NCBI RefSeq assembly: GCF_006345805.1
Contig: NC_043015.1
Location: forward strand, 992,001 to 1,056,000
Source of the DNA: Octopus sinensis
Lineage: Eukaryota
Direction of reading: 5' to 3'
DNA: 64,000 nucleotides
The notes beneath the pieces were generated by a model. The model did no database searches, was not told where the DNA came from, and saw only the letters and a list, made by a program, of their open reading frames with translations. Numbering within the stretch: position 1 is the stretch's first letter; every line of letters starts with the position of its first letter. Shown one piece after another: positions 37,475 to 50,216 of this stretch. The position numbers and the translations under genes were made by a program.

Positions 37475-38044
37475 CGAAAATGAAATCCATAAAAACTAAC
37501 AGAATTTAGAAAAAAAAGTTAATCTTATAAAACAATAAATAGACAATATTGACGGAATATTCCAAAACTACAATAAAATCACGCAATAGAAATAAAAATA
37601 AAAATAAAAATAAAAATGAATGGATTATTGAGAAATATTTCTTCAACACCGATGTCGAATGTTTGAATCTGATATTACATGACGAATTCAGGAAGAACAA
37701 TAAAGCTTAAAGCAATTGTCCGATGCAATATATTTCAAAGTCCAAAAGAGCCATGAGAACTTCGAAGCATCACCAATAGTCACACAGATAATGAACTACG
37801 CAAACGCCTGTTCATATTTTGTCGTTTACAAATAGGAGCACACACAATACACTAACCAAAACCGTTAATACACAATAAAATTATACTGTTGGAAATAAAA
37901 TGTAAATATATCCGTTTACTCTTTTGTACGTTTTCAGCCCTAAGTCTGTGTGGCCATGCTGGAGCACCACCTGTGGAAGTATATATAAATGTGCACATAT
38001 ATATGTAATATATATATATTATATATATATATATGTGCGTATGA

Positions 38045-38110
<66 letters not shown>

Positions 38111-38121
38111 ATATATGTATA

Positions 38122-38181
<60 letters not shown>

Positions 38182-38240
38182 CTGAGGAAACACAACTAGA
38201 TCTCACAATGCAATGAAATAATTGCATATTTGAAGAACAG

Positions 38241-38315
38241 CATTCCGTAAGGAGAACGAATTCCTGAACGCTAAGTTACGGGAATTGTCATCAGAATGGC
38301 ATGACTTACATGGAA
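38241..38315 (+). CDS. Candidate exon of predicted gene 1 (75 nt, phase 1-1), coiled-coil-like
   Basis: An in-frame TGA lies just upstream of the AACAG acceptor; donor GAA|GTAAGT; reads [24 protein letters not shown]. The polypyrimidine tract is weak. Confidence 0.33.
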
Positions 38316-38845
38316 GTAAGTATATATATACATATACATACATACACACACATTTTAAAACCTTCCTATTATCTACACAAAGCCTGAAATTTAGGGATGT
38401 AGGATAGTCAACATTCCGTATTCAACTGATAACTAATTTATCGTCCCCGAAAGGATGAAACGTAAAGTCGACCTCGGCGGAATTTGAACTCAGAACGTAG
38501 TGACGGTCGAAATTCAACTAAGAATCACGTCTAGCGTGCTAACATTTCACGAACCATCGTTAATGACAGGTTTTACTGAAGAAGTCTCAAGATGCGTCGC
38601 AAAAGATTTCAGGCAAAGGACAGTAAAATAAAAGTGATAATATATCTGAAGTGATTACATAATGCATGTAGACATTTGCCAACAAAAAATAACCATATCT
38701 GTTACAACACACTACTTCACATCAGGGAGTTAGTAAAACAAATGCATGAATCCAGGTTTGTATGTATTTATTACTTCTGCTGCAAATTTGTGTGGGATCT
38801 GGCATTTAAAAGAATATATCCAACGTTTCTTCTGTGTTCCTTAAG

Positions 38846-38866
38846 AGGCTACTAAAAGAAGTTGAG
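38846..38866 (+). CDS. Candidate 21-nt microexon (RLLKEVE)
   Basis: CGTTTCTTCTGTGTTCCTTAAG acceptor and GAG|GTAAGA donor; only phase 0 is open. A 19-nt variant from the next AG gives the same peptide in phase 2. Confidence 0.33.
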
Positions 38867-39287
38867 GTAAGATGTGCATTCCAGCTTCTAACAACTTTCA
38901 TCAGTAACGGCTACTCAAATAGACCCATGGGTTGGAGGGATGTCGAGTTTGGCAAAAGTGTCATCCGCCAGGAGTGACCAACAAACGACCGATGCCGCGA
39001 ATTCCTGTTACAGCGCATGCCTCGTACTATTACTTCTACTTCTATTTAAGCAACAGAAACTCTACAATCACTGCTATGAAGGGCAATCTATATGCCACTG
39101 TAGCATCGGATATTAGGCATAAAACTGGATCATGTAACCAAATTCTTTTAAGTACGCCACAAAATAACCTGTTCCACATCGAGGAAACGTAATCGAAGCA
39201 GATATCCTCATAAGGCAAATCAAATACTAGATCCTGTATCGTCCGTGAAATAAATCGTATTTGCCCCAATTTTCCCCCAATTCTTAG

Positions 39288-39297
39288 TATTACGCCA
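39288..39297 (+). CDS. Candidate 10-nt microexon (YYA)
   Basis: CCCCAATTTTCCCCCAATTCTTAG|TATTACGCCA|GTAAGA. Confidence 0.22.
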
Positions 39298-39419
39298 GTA
39301 AGAAAATCTCTCTTTTGCTGTATAAATTAAAGGCGGTTGTAATAACAGAAACAGAAGAAGTGGGGAGAGAGTGAGAGAGATTTTTTTACCTCAAAATGCT
39401 ATCTTTGTAAATTAAACAG

Positions 39420-39429
39420 GCGATAAAAG
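39420..39429 (+). CDS. Candidate 10-nt microexon (SDK)
   Basis: TTTGTAAATTAAACAG|GCGATAAAAG|GTAGGT; phase 1-2 links 39288-39297 to 40829. Confidence 0.18.
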
Positions 39430-40615
39430 GTAGGTATAACTTTTAGGTTACAGCAGACTGGTCACATGTGTAACCTAAATTCTGCTGATTAACGTGAGGA
39501 CAATAGTAAAATAAATAAATAAAGAAATAAAGAAAGAAATAAAGAAATAAAGAAATAAATAAAGAAATAAATAAGGAAATAAATAAAAATAAGCACGAGA
39601 ATGGATGAGTCTGGAAGCAAGGTTTAAATGATTCCAACAAAAGCCAAGTCTAATAAATTATACGAAGAAGCAGTTGGTAGTGAGTTTAAACTGGGCGCCA
39701 TATTACATCTTGCAACAAAAAGTGAGGCCTGCTTTATTTTAAGCGAACAGAGACACAATCGACAAAATATTGGTGTCCAGGCGTTAAACACAAGTAATAC
39801 GATACAGAATCGTATATTAATTGTAAGCGATTTCATTTCTCCATTCAAGTTATACAAATAAACTTCACAGTATTTATATTTCAACTAAGAAAAAAATAGA
39901 TTGTTCCACATGCTACTTGAAGTAAAAGTAAAATAGTAGAATATGATATATAGAAAACCATGAGTGTAAACTGATTCCTGCAAAAATGAATTTGCCAACA
40001 GCAAATACAATGTAAACGGAGACATTATTACCTTAGTTACGTTGTTTTAATCTATAAATCATACACACAATGTGTCGAAATGTTATTCTAGCTCTCAGTT
40101 GTTTGGTGAACTTGAACAGTTTTTAGGTATTTTTGAAAGTTTCTGTCATAGGTCAGAGCTTGAATAAGAAACAGGAGACAGTTTCTAGAACTGGGATTCG
40201 AGAAAACATTTTGAGAGAAGTGCCTAAGAATAGGTATATCTGTGCTGAGGACGTTGGCTGAGGCAGAAATAGGAGTGTCATGCCGTCATCGTATATTTAG
40301 ACAATCACTGTTTTCTCCGCAATGACACATTAAATTTTGACACTACCCGATTCCTAACAAATTTCCTTGGAGTTAATCGACAAAGCCTGGGGGCAATACA
40401 GTTATATACTCAGGAAGAAGAGATAATTTCAATATGCTTAATTAACATCATATTCCGACCTATTCATTCATGGATTAATCCAGATTCTCTTATCAATAAA
40501 TTAGAACTGTAACATCAGTAAGCACTGTGTTGTCTGCTCAATAGTTATATTATAGACACTACATAATAATTATACCAAACAATTAATATACATAGCTAAA
40601 TAAATATATACACAA

Positions 40616-40646
<31 letters not shown>

Positions 40647-40828
40647 CATAAGGACATACATAAATACTTATATATCCATAATTATGTATTCTATCACTAA
40701 CCGGGTAGAAAATGACTAAAGGAAGTACTCAATACCTCATAAAAGCAAAGTCAATATTTTTGTTATTGATATGCTGACGCTGTATAATACTGTAATTTCC
40801 TCAATATATTCCTGTATCTCTTCAATAG

Positions 40829-40886
40829 CCAGACGGAATGTATAATGGAAACAGTTCGTTATATATTAAGATTCACCTTTGAAGAG
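40829..40886 (+). CDS. Candidate exon of predicted gene 1 (QTECIMETVRYILRFTFEE)
   Basis: TTCCTGTATCTCTTCAATAG acceptor and GAG|GTAGAG donor (moderate); 58 nt, phase 2-0. An alternative CAG acceptor gives a phase-0 start at 40833. Confidence 0.38.
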
Positions 40887-41140
40887 GTAGAGGAATATAT
40901 TGAATCAATGATGCTGATGTGAGGCTTCTAGAAAAAATAATGAAAATATCAACAATATCACTGATCGAGGGCAACACTACTTGTTGAGAATGTAATTACA
41001 CTGTATACATATGTATAGAGGCATTGTCAAAATTCCACTGCTAGTGGGATGCGTGCATATGTCAGCATATATGTAATCTATTTCTGCATCTACATGGCTG
41101 CACGCTTTTAATAAACATATACGACCATATATATATATAT

Positions 41141-41176
<36 letters not shown>

Positions 41177-41187
41177 GCTTGCGTGTG

Positions 41188-41224
<37 letters not shown>

Positions 41225-41548
41225 ACATAACGGCGAAGGGCTGCGTCTGCGCAGTAGATTTTGAAAAAAATTGGGATATATAAACGGGACGCATATAGTT
41301 TAATTGCCTCGTTGTTTATATATTTAACCCAAGGTGTACCTGTTGAGGACGATTTTATCTCATGGGCAAATATTATTTGCTTACTAAACTAAAATCAGAA
41401 ACCAATTGGTCCAGGAAATTTGATGGTAAAATGTTTTTATTTTTCATTTCGTTCCTGTCGAATTTTATCCCTAATTTTGGTGGTCCTAACTAGTTTTCTT
41501 TCTAGCGCATTGAATTCCACCATTGGATTCCTTATGTGTTTAAATGTA

Positions 41549-41585
<37 letters not shown>

Positions 41586-41658
41586 TATATATATAATAAT
41601 ATAAATATTAGGGAATAAATCCAAGTTTGTGTTGCCAAATAGTGGTTTTGTCTCTAAT

Positions 41659-41716
<58 letters not shown>

Positions 41717-42335
41717 TGTATATATAGATACATGAATAGATAGCATGAAGAGAATTTGCCATTGTTTTTTTTTTTTTCAGTAAAGGACCTTTTGTACTTA
41801 TATATCCCTAGTGGCGTTTGTATATGAACAACCCCTTAAATTCCACGGTGTTTCATAAAAAATACCAGAGTGACGTTCTCATATGCAGATGCAATGTTAA
41901 TGAGGGATTAATCAGCGATCGTTTATTACGGCTTACACGTACACTTAATAGACAAGATCCAAAGACATGGTGTTTTAAAAATGAGGGAATGCCTTAGAAA
42001 TTTGAAAGTTATGCGAATAATACAATTTACGCGTGGGTAGGGAAAACGTAGTGTAAAATGATTCAGGAGATTTCATAGAAAAACGAAAACATATTTCTAT
42101 CCTTCACTTAAAATTTAATAGAGAGACAATTCTCCGAGTTCTTTCTAACAAAAGAAGTAAATAAGATCGACTGGACTAAGTGAGGTACCCACCATCTTGT
42201 TTACTAACAGTGCATGACATTCAGACAACATGAACTGCTCCTGACAAAAGTTTTGTACCTATATATGAATATTACTTATTATTACTTATAAATATCTATG
42301 AAGAAATATACGTAGGTATGAGTGACTGTATTTTG

Positions 42336-42401
<66 letters not shown>

Positions 42402-42403
42402 CT

Positions 42404-42461
<58 letters not shown>

Positions 42462-43306
42462 GATATATATATATATACATATATATGTACATATATATAT
42501 CAATATATGCACACACACATATATATATACATATACCTATATACAAATTTTGAGTGTGCGTATGTACATATATGCGAGTACATGATTGTATGTAGGTATG
42601 TGGGTATGCATAAATATATTCATAAATATAGATATGTATATTTTCAGAAGTACACACATAATCCTTGTAAAATATATTAATATTCATTTGTATCTACGTC
42701 TATCGGCGCACAGTTAAAATAGATGACTACGTATATATATAACTACACACACAAACATATATGTACATGTATATGTATATATATAGATATACAATGATAT
42801 ACATATATATATATATGTGCATATATACATATATATATGTGTGTGTGTGTGTATGTGTAATTATGTGAATATATATAAGTGTGTGTATGAATATGTAGAC
42901 GTATAGATGTATATGCGTTCATAGCTACAGATATGTATGGAAGTATAACTAGACATATACATATGTGGTTATATATTTGTGACTATGGCAGGGAAGAGAA
43001 AGCTTATAATCATTAAGTATTTAATATGCAATATCTTTATTCAGAAGCAGCCTGGGAAACTGGTATGATACAGCACGTGAAATGAAGCATGCCAGTCATT
43101 TTAAGGGCCTCCAATGGAAACATTAAATTCATCTAATATGGCATATTAAATTTTTTGAAAGGTATATTTTCAAAGTAAGCTAAAAAGAAATTAATATTAA
43201 CGAGATCTGCATACGGAATTGCCGCATAAAATCTTACGCTTCGTTTGCTGTCGGAAAAAAAAAAACTCTTTATTTCTTTTGCTTTCTATTTTTTTTTTTT
43301 TTTCAG

Positions 43307-43336
43307 AATAAGTGAAAGTTAACGACCGAATCTAAG
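43307..43336 (+). other. Candidate 30-nt cassette exon with one in-frame UGA (NK*KLTTESK)
   Basis: Very strong acceptor CTCTTTATTTCTTTTGCTTTCTATTTTTTTTTTTTTTCAG and donor AAG|GTAAAA. All three frames contain a stop, but phase 0-0 matches the flanking candidate exons. Confidence 0.3.
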
Positions 43337-43422
43337 GTAAAAGCAAGACGGCTAGTGGGAGGAGGCGAATACAACATAATATATGGGTATATATGTATAC
43401 ATATATACACACAAATAGATAT

Positions 43423-43453
<31 letters not shown>

Positions 43454-43552
43454 TATGAGCATATATAGGTAATATGTATATATAATATATAATATATATA
43501 TATATATCTATGTATGTATAGTATATATATATATTATAGATATGTATATATA

Positions 43553-43622
<70 letters not shown>

Positions 43623-43645
43623 ATATATATTACTATTATATATAT

Positions 43646-43682
<37 letters not shown>

Positions 43683-43719
43683 CTTTGTATACGCACACAT
43701 ACACACGCACTATATATAA

Positions 43720-43750
<31 letters not shown>

Positions 43751-43775
43751 CTTATATATATATAATATATATAAT

Positions 43776-43810
<35 letters not shown>

Positions 43811-44464
43811 GATATGTACATACATATATAGATAATATAGATAGATAGATACACAAATAATATAGGCATATACATATCACCATAAAGAGAGACAGATAGA
43901 TAGGGAGTAGAGAGAGCGGGGGTGAAAGGGACAGAGAGGATACTGAAACCCATGTATTGGACTGATAGAATTTTCAGATGGTCAGAAAATACCTCGTGGT
44001 ATTTTTACAGTTGTTTACATTCTTAGATCAATTCCATCCCGAAGTCGACTTTGTCTTTCTTATCTACGGGTGTAATCGAAAATATACTAGACAGGCACTC
44101 GATCGATGACGTCGGCGATGAAATCAACTCTAGTCGAATCAGCACCGTTAGTCGGACAAATCGACCGCAGAACTTATTTCATTCCAAGCCTAGTACTTAT
44201 TATGCCAGTCACATTTGCCGAACTGCTAATGTTACGGGGATGTAAAGATACGAAATGAGTTGTTAAGCGACGGAGGGGAACAAAAACTGGCACACACAAG
44301 TATATACTGGCACACACAAGTATATACTGCGTAGCACATTTGCCAAGCGTCTTGTATTGTAGCCTCCTGCAGTAGGAAACCTTGTGAGTGGATATGGTAC
44401 ACGGAAAGAGAATGAACCCTGTTTCCGTGGTATGTGTGTGTGTACACACACACACAAATATGGC

Positions 44465-44507
<43 letters not shown>

Positions 44508-44809
44508 TATGTGTATGTATATATATATATGTTTGTGTGCATGTGTGTGTATGTATGTATGTGTGTATGTATGTGTGTACGTATGTACTAACAAATATAC
44601 ATATATGCATATGTATGTATATTTATGTGTATATGTATTTGTACACGTCTAGTGAGATAGGAAATTGGTGAGATTGAGAAGGACCGACAAAAATAGTCAA
44701 ATACACAAAAATAATAAAGTCGAGACTTCCAAGCTCAGGAAGTGAAATGTGCCTCGCAACCGACACACACAACACACACACACACAACACACACATATAT
44801 ATATATAGA

Positions 44810-44853
<44 letters not shown>

Positions 44854-44952
44854 ATGTGTATATATATATATATTATAGATATACATATATATATATATGT
44901 ATGTATATGTGTATATATATATATATATGTTGGGTTTGTGTGTATAAAATAT

Positions 44953-44993
<41 letters not shown>

Positions 44994-45075
44994 TATATCT
45001 GTCTGATGTATATATATATATATATATAATCTATATATATATATATATATTATTCTATATATATATAAATATGTG

Positions 45076-45117
<42 letters not shown>

Positions 45118-45371
45118 ATATATATGTATATATGTTTAGTGGAGAGCACAACGAAACCGCACGTTCTTCTCCCTGCTTCAGGCGAAGTATTCAAACTTTT
45201 TGGCCTGTCTATCGGTGTCCCTGACCAACAAGCACATGTCATTCCAGTCTCTTAAGTAACAGCTTTTCATAAAATTCACCCGCAGGCAATGTATTCTAAC
45301 TTATCTCCTTCTTTCTCTCTGGCTTTCTCTCTCTTTCTCTCTCTCCCTCCTTCTCACCCTCATTTTAAAAA

Positions 45372-45387
45372 GATACTTCAAGTAAAT
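45372..45387 (+). CDS. Candidate 16-nt microexon (ILQVN)
   Basis: Long (CT)-rich tract ending TTTTAAAAG; donor ATG|GTGAGA; phase 0-1 bridges 40886 and 46006. Confidence 0.35.
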
Positions 45388-45810
45388 GGTGAGAATTTTG
45401 CTCGATTGATTAAACAAAGGAGCTCTTTGCACTTTCGCTTCCAAGATCACAATACCTCTAGAGAACGCTATCGAAGTCTTCAGCATAAGGGTGATTGACA
45501 TTCGTCGTAATGCAACACTTGAGAGTAGCTAGCTGCTTCACGTTGACACACTGCCTGCGTGGTGATCGCTCGACTCGTTAGAGATAATAGTCAGATGCCT
45601 CTCAAATCGTACATAGCTATCTACTGTGTACAAAAACTTTACATAAAACAACAAAACAAACGGCATTGTTAGCGACAACAACGAAAGAAGCATTTGGTTC
45701 GTGTCAATAGAATGCATATGGACATCAAGTCCTGGACGGTCGTAGCTTCAGCGCTTTCCATTGCAGGGTCACTTCTTCAAGGTTAACTAATGCTAAATGC
45801 TTTTGCTGCT

Positions 45811-45818
45811 GCTACTCT

Positions 45819-45884
<66 letters not shown>

Positions 45885-45885
45885 A

Positions 45886-45921
<36 letters not shown>

Positions 45922-45943
45922 GCTACTACTACTACTACTGCTG

Positions 45944-45988
<45 letters not shown>
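45811..45988. repeat. (TAC)n microsatellite
   Basis: Direct reading; it ends 17 nt before the candidate exon at 46006. Confidence 0.95.
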
Positions 45989-46005
45989 GCTAAAGAGAAC
46001 AATAG

Positions 46006-46062
46006 ATTTATGGCTGACCTTGAAGAATCTGGAAGATTTGGAAGATTTTGCTGCTATTTCAA
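46006..46062 (+). CDS. Candidate exon of predicted gene 1 (LWLTLKNLEDLEDFAAIS)
   Basis: ACAATAG acceptor and CAA|GTAAGA donor; 57 nt, phase 1-1; followed by a 76-nt GT-AG intron. Confidence 0.5.
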
Positions 46063-46138
46063 GTAAGATAAGATTCTGACTGGATGCAGTCATTGCTAGA
46101 AGCAGCAGCCAAATTTCCCATTGGCTTTACTTTCTTAG

Positions 46139-46204
46139 GAAATGAAAATCTAATTCATCCTCTCCTGGAAACTATAAACAGAGGAGAAAGTTGGACGTTC
46201 ACAG
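46139..46204 (+). CDS. Candidate exon of predicted gene 1 (NENLIHPLLETINRGESWTFT)
   Basis: GGCTTTACTTTCTTAG acceptor and CAG|GTAAAG donor; 66 nt; only phase 1-1 is open, matching the preceding exon. Confidence 0.55.
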
Positions 46205-46304
46205 GTAAAGTGCCTTCGAAACTATGTATCCCCGATAAGGTAAAATTTAGGAGGGAAAAAACCACAGCAGCAAATCAATGATGAGATCTTTACTCTAACT
46301 ATTG

Positions 46305-46660
46305 GATGCGCGTGGAATGGCGATTATAGCACTGAACCCATGATCATTAGATTTTGATTCGATTCCTAGACTGGGCGATGCGGTGTGTTCTTGAGCAAAC
46401 CTCTTCATTTGACGTTGATCCAGTCCACCCAACTGGCAACAATCAGTAATTCCATGGCAGGTAGGCGTCCAGTCCTGTTGTTGTTTGTTCCTTCTCGATC
46501 CATGCCGGTTTCCCGGTTTTTTGGCGTATAGGTTCCCCACCTGAAAGGGACGCCGATCGGTCGCAGGTGAGTTGCAAGATACAGGAATAGAGAGTGAGAG
46601 AATGTTGTGGCGAAATAGTCAGCAGAAGTTCGCCGCGAATCCGCTGCTCTAACCATTAGG
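46305..46660. mobile_element. V-domain-like SINE (plus, ~46305-46495) abutting an inverted family C/V-like fragment (minus, ~46500-46660)
   Basis: tRNA-like head with TTCGATTCC, then GTGTTCTTGAGCAA..CCAGTCCACCCA. AATCCGCTGCTCTAACCATTAGGCCAT matches the reverse complement of the family C head. Confidence 0.6.
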
Positions 46661-46707
46661 CCATGTGCCTCAACTCCATATATATCATATATTATATTAT
46701 ATATATA

Positions 46708-46773
<66 letters not shown>

Positions 46774-46813
46774 CATACTATATATGTGTTTTGTTTATGT
46801 AAATATAGGATAG

Positions 46814-46873
46814 TGGCACACCAATGCACTAATTATTTACTGGAAATAGCAGCCGACAATATACGACGCTCTA
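46814..46873 (+). CDS. Candidate exon of predicted gene 1 (AHQCTNYLLEIAADNIRRS)
   Basis: Tandem acceptors TATAG|GATAG|; the second gives phase 1-1 (60 nt). Donor CTA|GTAAAT is weak. Confidence 0.42.
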
Positions 46874-47007
46874 GTAAATCTTCACTGTATATATATATAT
46901 ATAGATTATATATAATATATAATATATATATATGTATATATATATATTATATATATGTTATATATTATTTTCTTTTGCCTTTATAAAGTTGTTTTAAATT
47001 TAACCTT

Positions 47008-47040
<33 letters not shown>

Positions 47041-47070
47041 TATATATATATTTATTTATATACTGGCAAG

Positions 47071-47111
47071 AATGTTTTGCGGGCGGCGAACATAAAAAAT
47101 TCATCTTACCT
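47071..47111 (+). CDS. Candidate exon of predicted gene 1 (CFAGGEHKKFILP)
   Basis: TTTATATACTGGCAAG acceptor and CCT|GTAAGA donor; 41 nt, phase 1-0. Confidence 0.42.
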
Positions 47112-47883
47112 GTAAGAATCACATTAAATAAATGTCCAACCCAAATGTGGATAATCTAGGACCTAATTTTCGAACTTTCCCAATTACGTTTGGAAGCGCA
47201 AATTTGATTAGTTCTCTTCGGCTAGATTCACCTAGACAAAATTTGAGATGTCGCTACATCAATGCCACTCGTGTGAACGTGTAGCCGAGAACAGTGAAAA
47301 AGTATATATATTCGACATTTTATCGTTTTATTTACTCATTTTCATTTGATTTAATAATCCTTTTTACTTTTGGTAGGAGTCCAGCAATATTGTAGTTTGG
47401 GTCTTAGGCGATTACAATCGAACCTGGTTTCCTGACTGAAATTTTATTTTATCAACACCGAGTCAATAAATGGTAAAGTTGACCTCGCAGGTATCTGAAC
47501 TCAGAACGTAACGTCCTGGAATAAATGCCATTAAGCATTTTATCGGACTCGCTAACGATTCCCCCAGCTTTCAGCCTAATGGTTCGTTTTACTAACAGAA
47601 ATTGAAATTTCACTAAACCAATCTACCATTCGAGTTCAATTTCAACGTGGTCATTGCTGTTGATAATTTGCCAAGTGTTCCATAAAATCAGTCACAATAC
47701 GCTTTGATTAACCTTTTTTCTTTTACTCTGAGGTTATCGTCGCAGTCATTATATCTTTATGTTGATCTACGGATGTAATTGTTCTGCTTGCTGGTGATAG
47801 GAGTTTCCTTTTTTGTTATTGTTTTATTGCAAGCTGAAAATACGATACCAAAAAATTTGATAACAATAATAATAATGATGATG

Positions 47884-47915
<32 letters not shown>

Positions 47916-47947
47916 AACAGCAAGAATAACAGCAAAAACACAATGAT

Positions 47948-47998
<51 letters not shown>

Positions 47999-48080
47999 GA
48001 AGAAGAAGAAGAAGAAAGAAGAAGAGAAGAAGAAGAGAGAAGAAAGAAGAAGAAGAAGAAGAAGAAGAAGAAGAAGAAAG

Positions 48081-48116
<36 letters not shown>

Positions 48117-48450
48117 CGAAAAACTACGCAGTGGGTAGGTGGCTAATGTTGCTGGTAACGGAGGCACTGCGGCCAAAACCACATCGTGTTAGGCCTCGGT
48201 AAATCAATATTGATCTAGAACCATCTGCTCCTGTATGATCCACATACGGAAAAAATACAAAACAAGTAGTCGACACATAAAGAGAAATAGGGAGGCAAAA
48301 ACAAAAATAATAATATAAATAAATAAAAAAATTGTAGATTCTACATATCTTGTGATATGCGTACAATGCAGTTTCCTTCAGCCAGGCAGCGTGCAAATAT
48401 ACCCATGTACATAAATATGCATATATTAACTATTCATATATTTTCGTCAG

Positions 48451-48455
48451 CTGAA
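48451..48455 (+). CDS. Candidate 5-nt microexon CTGAA
   Basis: Branch-like ATTAAC, then TTCATATATTTTCGTCAG|CTGAA|GTAAGA. Confidence 0.2.
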
Positions 48456-48549
48456 GTAAGACTACAAACATATGAATATATAGGCAAGCACGCGTGTATT
48501 TACACTTACAGGTACTGCTATATATTCTCTCATTCATATGCATTGGCAG

Positions 48550-48557
48550 GGACTTAC
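48550..48557 (+). CDS. Candidate 8-nt microexon GGACTTAC
   Basis: TTCTCTCATTCATATGCATTGGCAG|GGACTTAC|GTTAGC; with 48451-48455 it converts phase 0 to phase 1 as exon 50418 requires. Confidence 0.14.
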
Positions 48558-48618
48558 GTTAGCATACAGTTCCCGACACAGATACGTGTGTGTATATATA
48601 TATAATATATATATATAT

Positions 48619-48690
<72 letters not shown>

Positions 48691-48763
48691 TATATATATA
48701 TAATATATATATATACATATATATATAATATATATATAATATATATATATAATATATATATAT

Positions 48764-48802
<39 letters not shown>

Positions 48803-49130
48803 ATATATATACAATATATATATACAAGTGTAAAAAGTTGCATATATAATTGTCTTAGACTTTTTCAGTCGATGGCGTGTGGCAATGCCGGGATACCGCC
48901 TTCAAAAGTTTGGTCAAACAAATTGGCCCACGTACTTATTTGTTAAAGGCATGGTGCCTATTTTATCCACCATGTTTTATGCGGAAGCACATTTTTTCAA
49001 GAAACGTAAAGTAACTAACACCGGTAATTAAGTGGAGGGTGGGGATATAGAGAAAGCCATACATATGTACAACTTTCCCAAACCGACGCGCGCACAAATA
49101 CACACACTCATACACACCTGTATATATAAG

Positions 49131-49210
49131 ATAGGAGAGTATTGTAGTTCGCTTGAAGCATTGTGTATTGCTTGTAAAGAAGTAAATATTCGAATGAATA
49201 TTCATATAGA

Positions 49211-49253
<43 letters not shown>

Positions 49254-49257
49254 GTTA

Positions 49258-49295
<38 letters not shown>

Positions 49296-49452
49296 TGTAA
49301 AGAATAAAATGTTTTGAATGACACAACAACACCCTGTAATACAAACAATGGACTATAAGAACTGTTGTAATTTAATCTTCCATAGTCTGATATGATATTT
49401 TATTCTTTACAAACATACACAATGCTTCAAGCGAACTACAATACTCTCCTAT
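49131..49452. repeat. Inverted repeat with 38-bp perfect arms (~60 bp including mismatches)
   Basis: ATAGGAGAGTATTGTAGTTCGCTTGAAGCATTGTGTAT (49131-49168) is the reverse complement of 49415-49452. Confidence 0.92.
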
Positions 49453-49994
49453 TATTATTATTATATATTATTAATTTTATTATTATTATATTATTATTAT
49501 ATTATTATTATTATTATTATTAATGTTATTATTATTATTATTATTATTTTATTATTATTATTATTATTATTATCAGTATATATATGTAAATAATTTATAA
49601 TAAAACTAAAATTTATATACAGACATATTCTGTGAAAGCTGTCATAATCAGAGTAATGTCCAAAATGAACCGGTACCACTTGATTCAAACATGCACATGA
49701 TTTAGATTTCATAGAGAAGCAGTTGTTGAAGCTGAAGGTTGCTTTATTGAATAACATATTAGAAAAGGTTTAATTTTATCCTCATAGTATTGTTGATGAA
49801 TAAAATTATTATTTATTGTAATATATGTTTTTTTTTTATCATTATGAACCTTTAATCTGTCCTCAAATATCTTACGTACCCTGTAACATAGTCGCAAATG
49901 TTTTTTTGAAAGTGGTCTCATTTTAGAGGCCTATAATTACTTCGTTGTTCTGTTCTGTAATAGTTTAAATTACAGTTAGCTTCGCGTGGCATAG

Positions 49995-50216
49995 CGCCTC
50001 TTAAAGGCCAGTTTCCCGGTTCCATAGCCTATAAATTCTTCACCTGGACGGGACGCCAGTCCGTCGCAGGATTATTCATTTTTTTAAAGCTGTGTGGACT
50101 GGGGCGACGCGAAGTGAAGTGTTTTGCGCAATAATACAACCCGTAGTTCTGTCCAGGAATCGAAATAACTATCTCACTGTCATGAGTCCAACACTCTAAT
50201 CACTAAGCCACACGCC
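49995..50216 (-). mobile_element. V-domain-like tRNA-derived SINE
   Basis: CCTGGACGGGACGCCAGTCCGTCGCAGG..GTGGACTGGGGCGACGCGAAGTGAAGTGTTTTGC..GAGTCCAACACTCTAATCACTAAGCCACACGCC, the layout of V-SINEs read in reverse. Confidence 0.65.

Noticed and set aside
40032-40051. Minus-strand 20-nt AG..GT segment (TTTATAG|ATTAAAACAACGTAACTAAG|GTAATA)
   Set aside because: It has stops in all three frames and no partner exons. It is a useful reminder that micro-exon-like signals arise by chance in this composition.
47102-47130. Minus-strand recursive-splice-like site TTCTTACAG|GTAAGA
   Set aside because: It is the other strand of the near-palindrome TCTTACCTGTAAGA containing the plus-strand donor of exon 47071-47111, and no coherent minus-strand gene was found.
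47377-47440. Candidate exon ESSNIVVWVLGDYNRTW
   Set aside because: It aligns with the decayed older SINE-A tail that continues into the core at about 47450, and it has no good donor.
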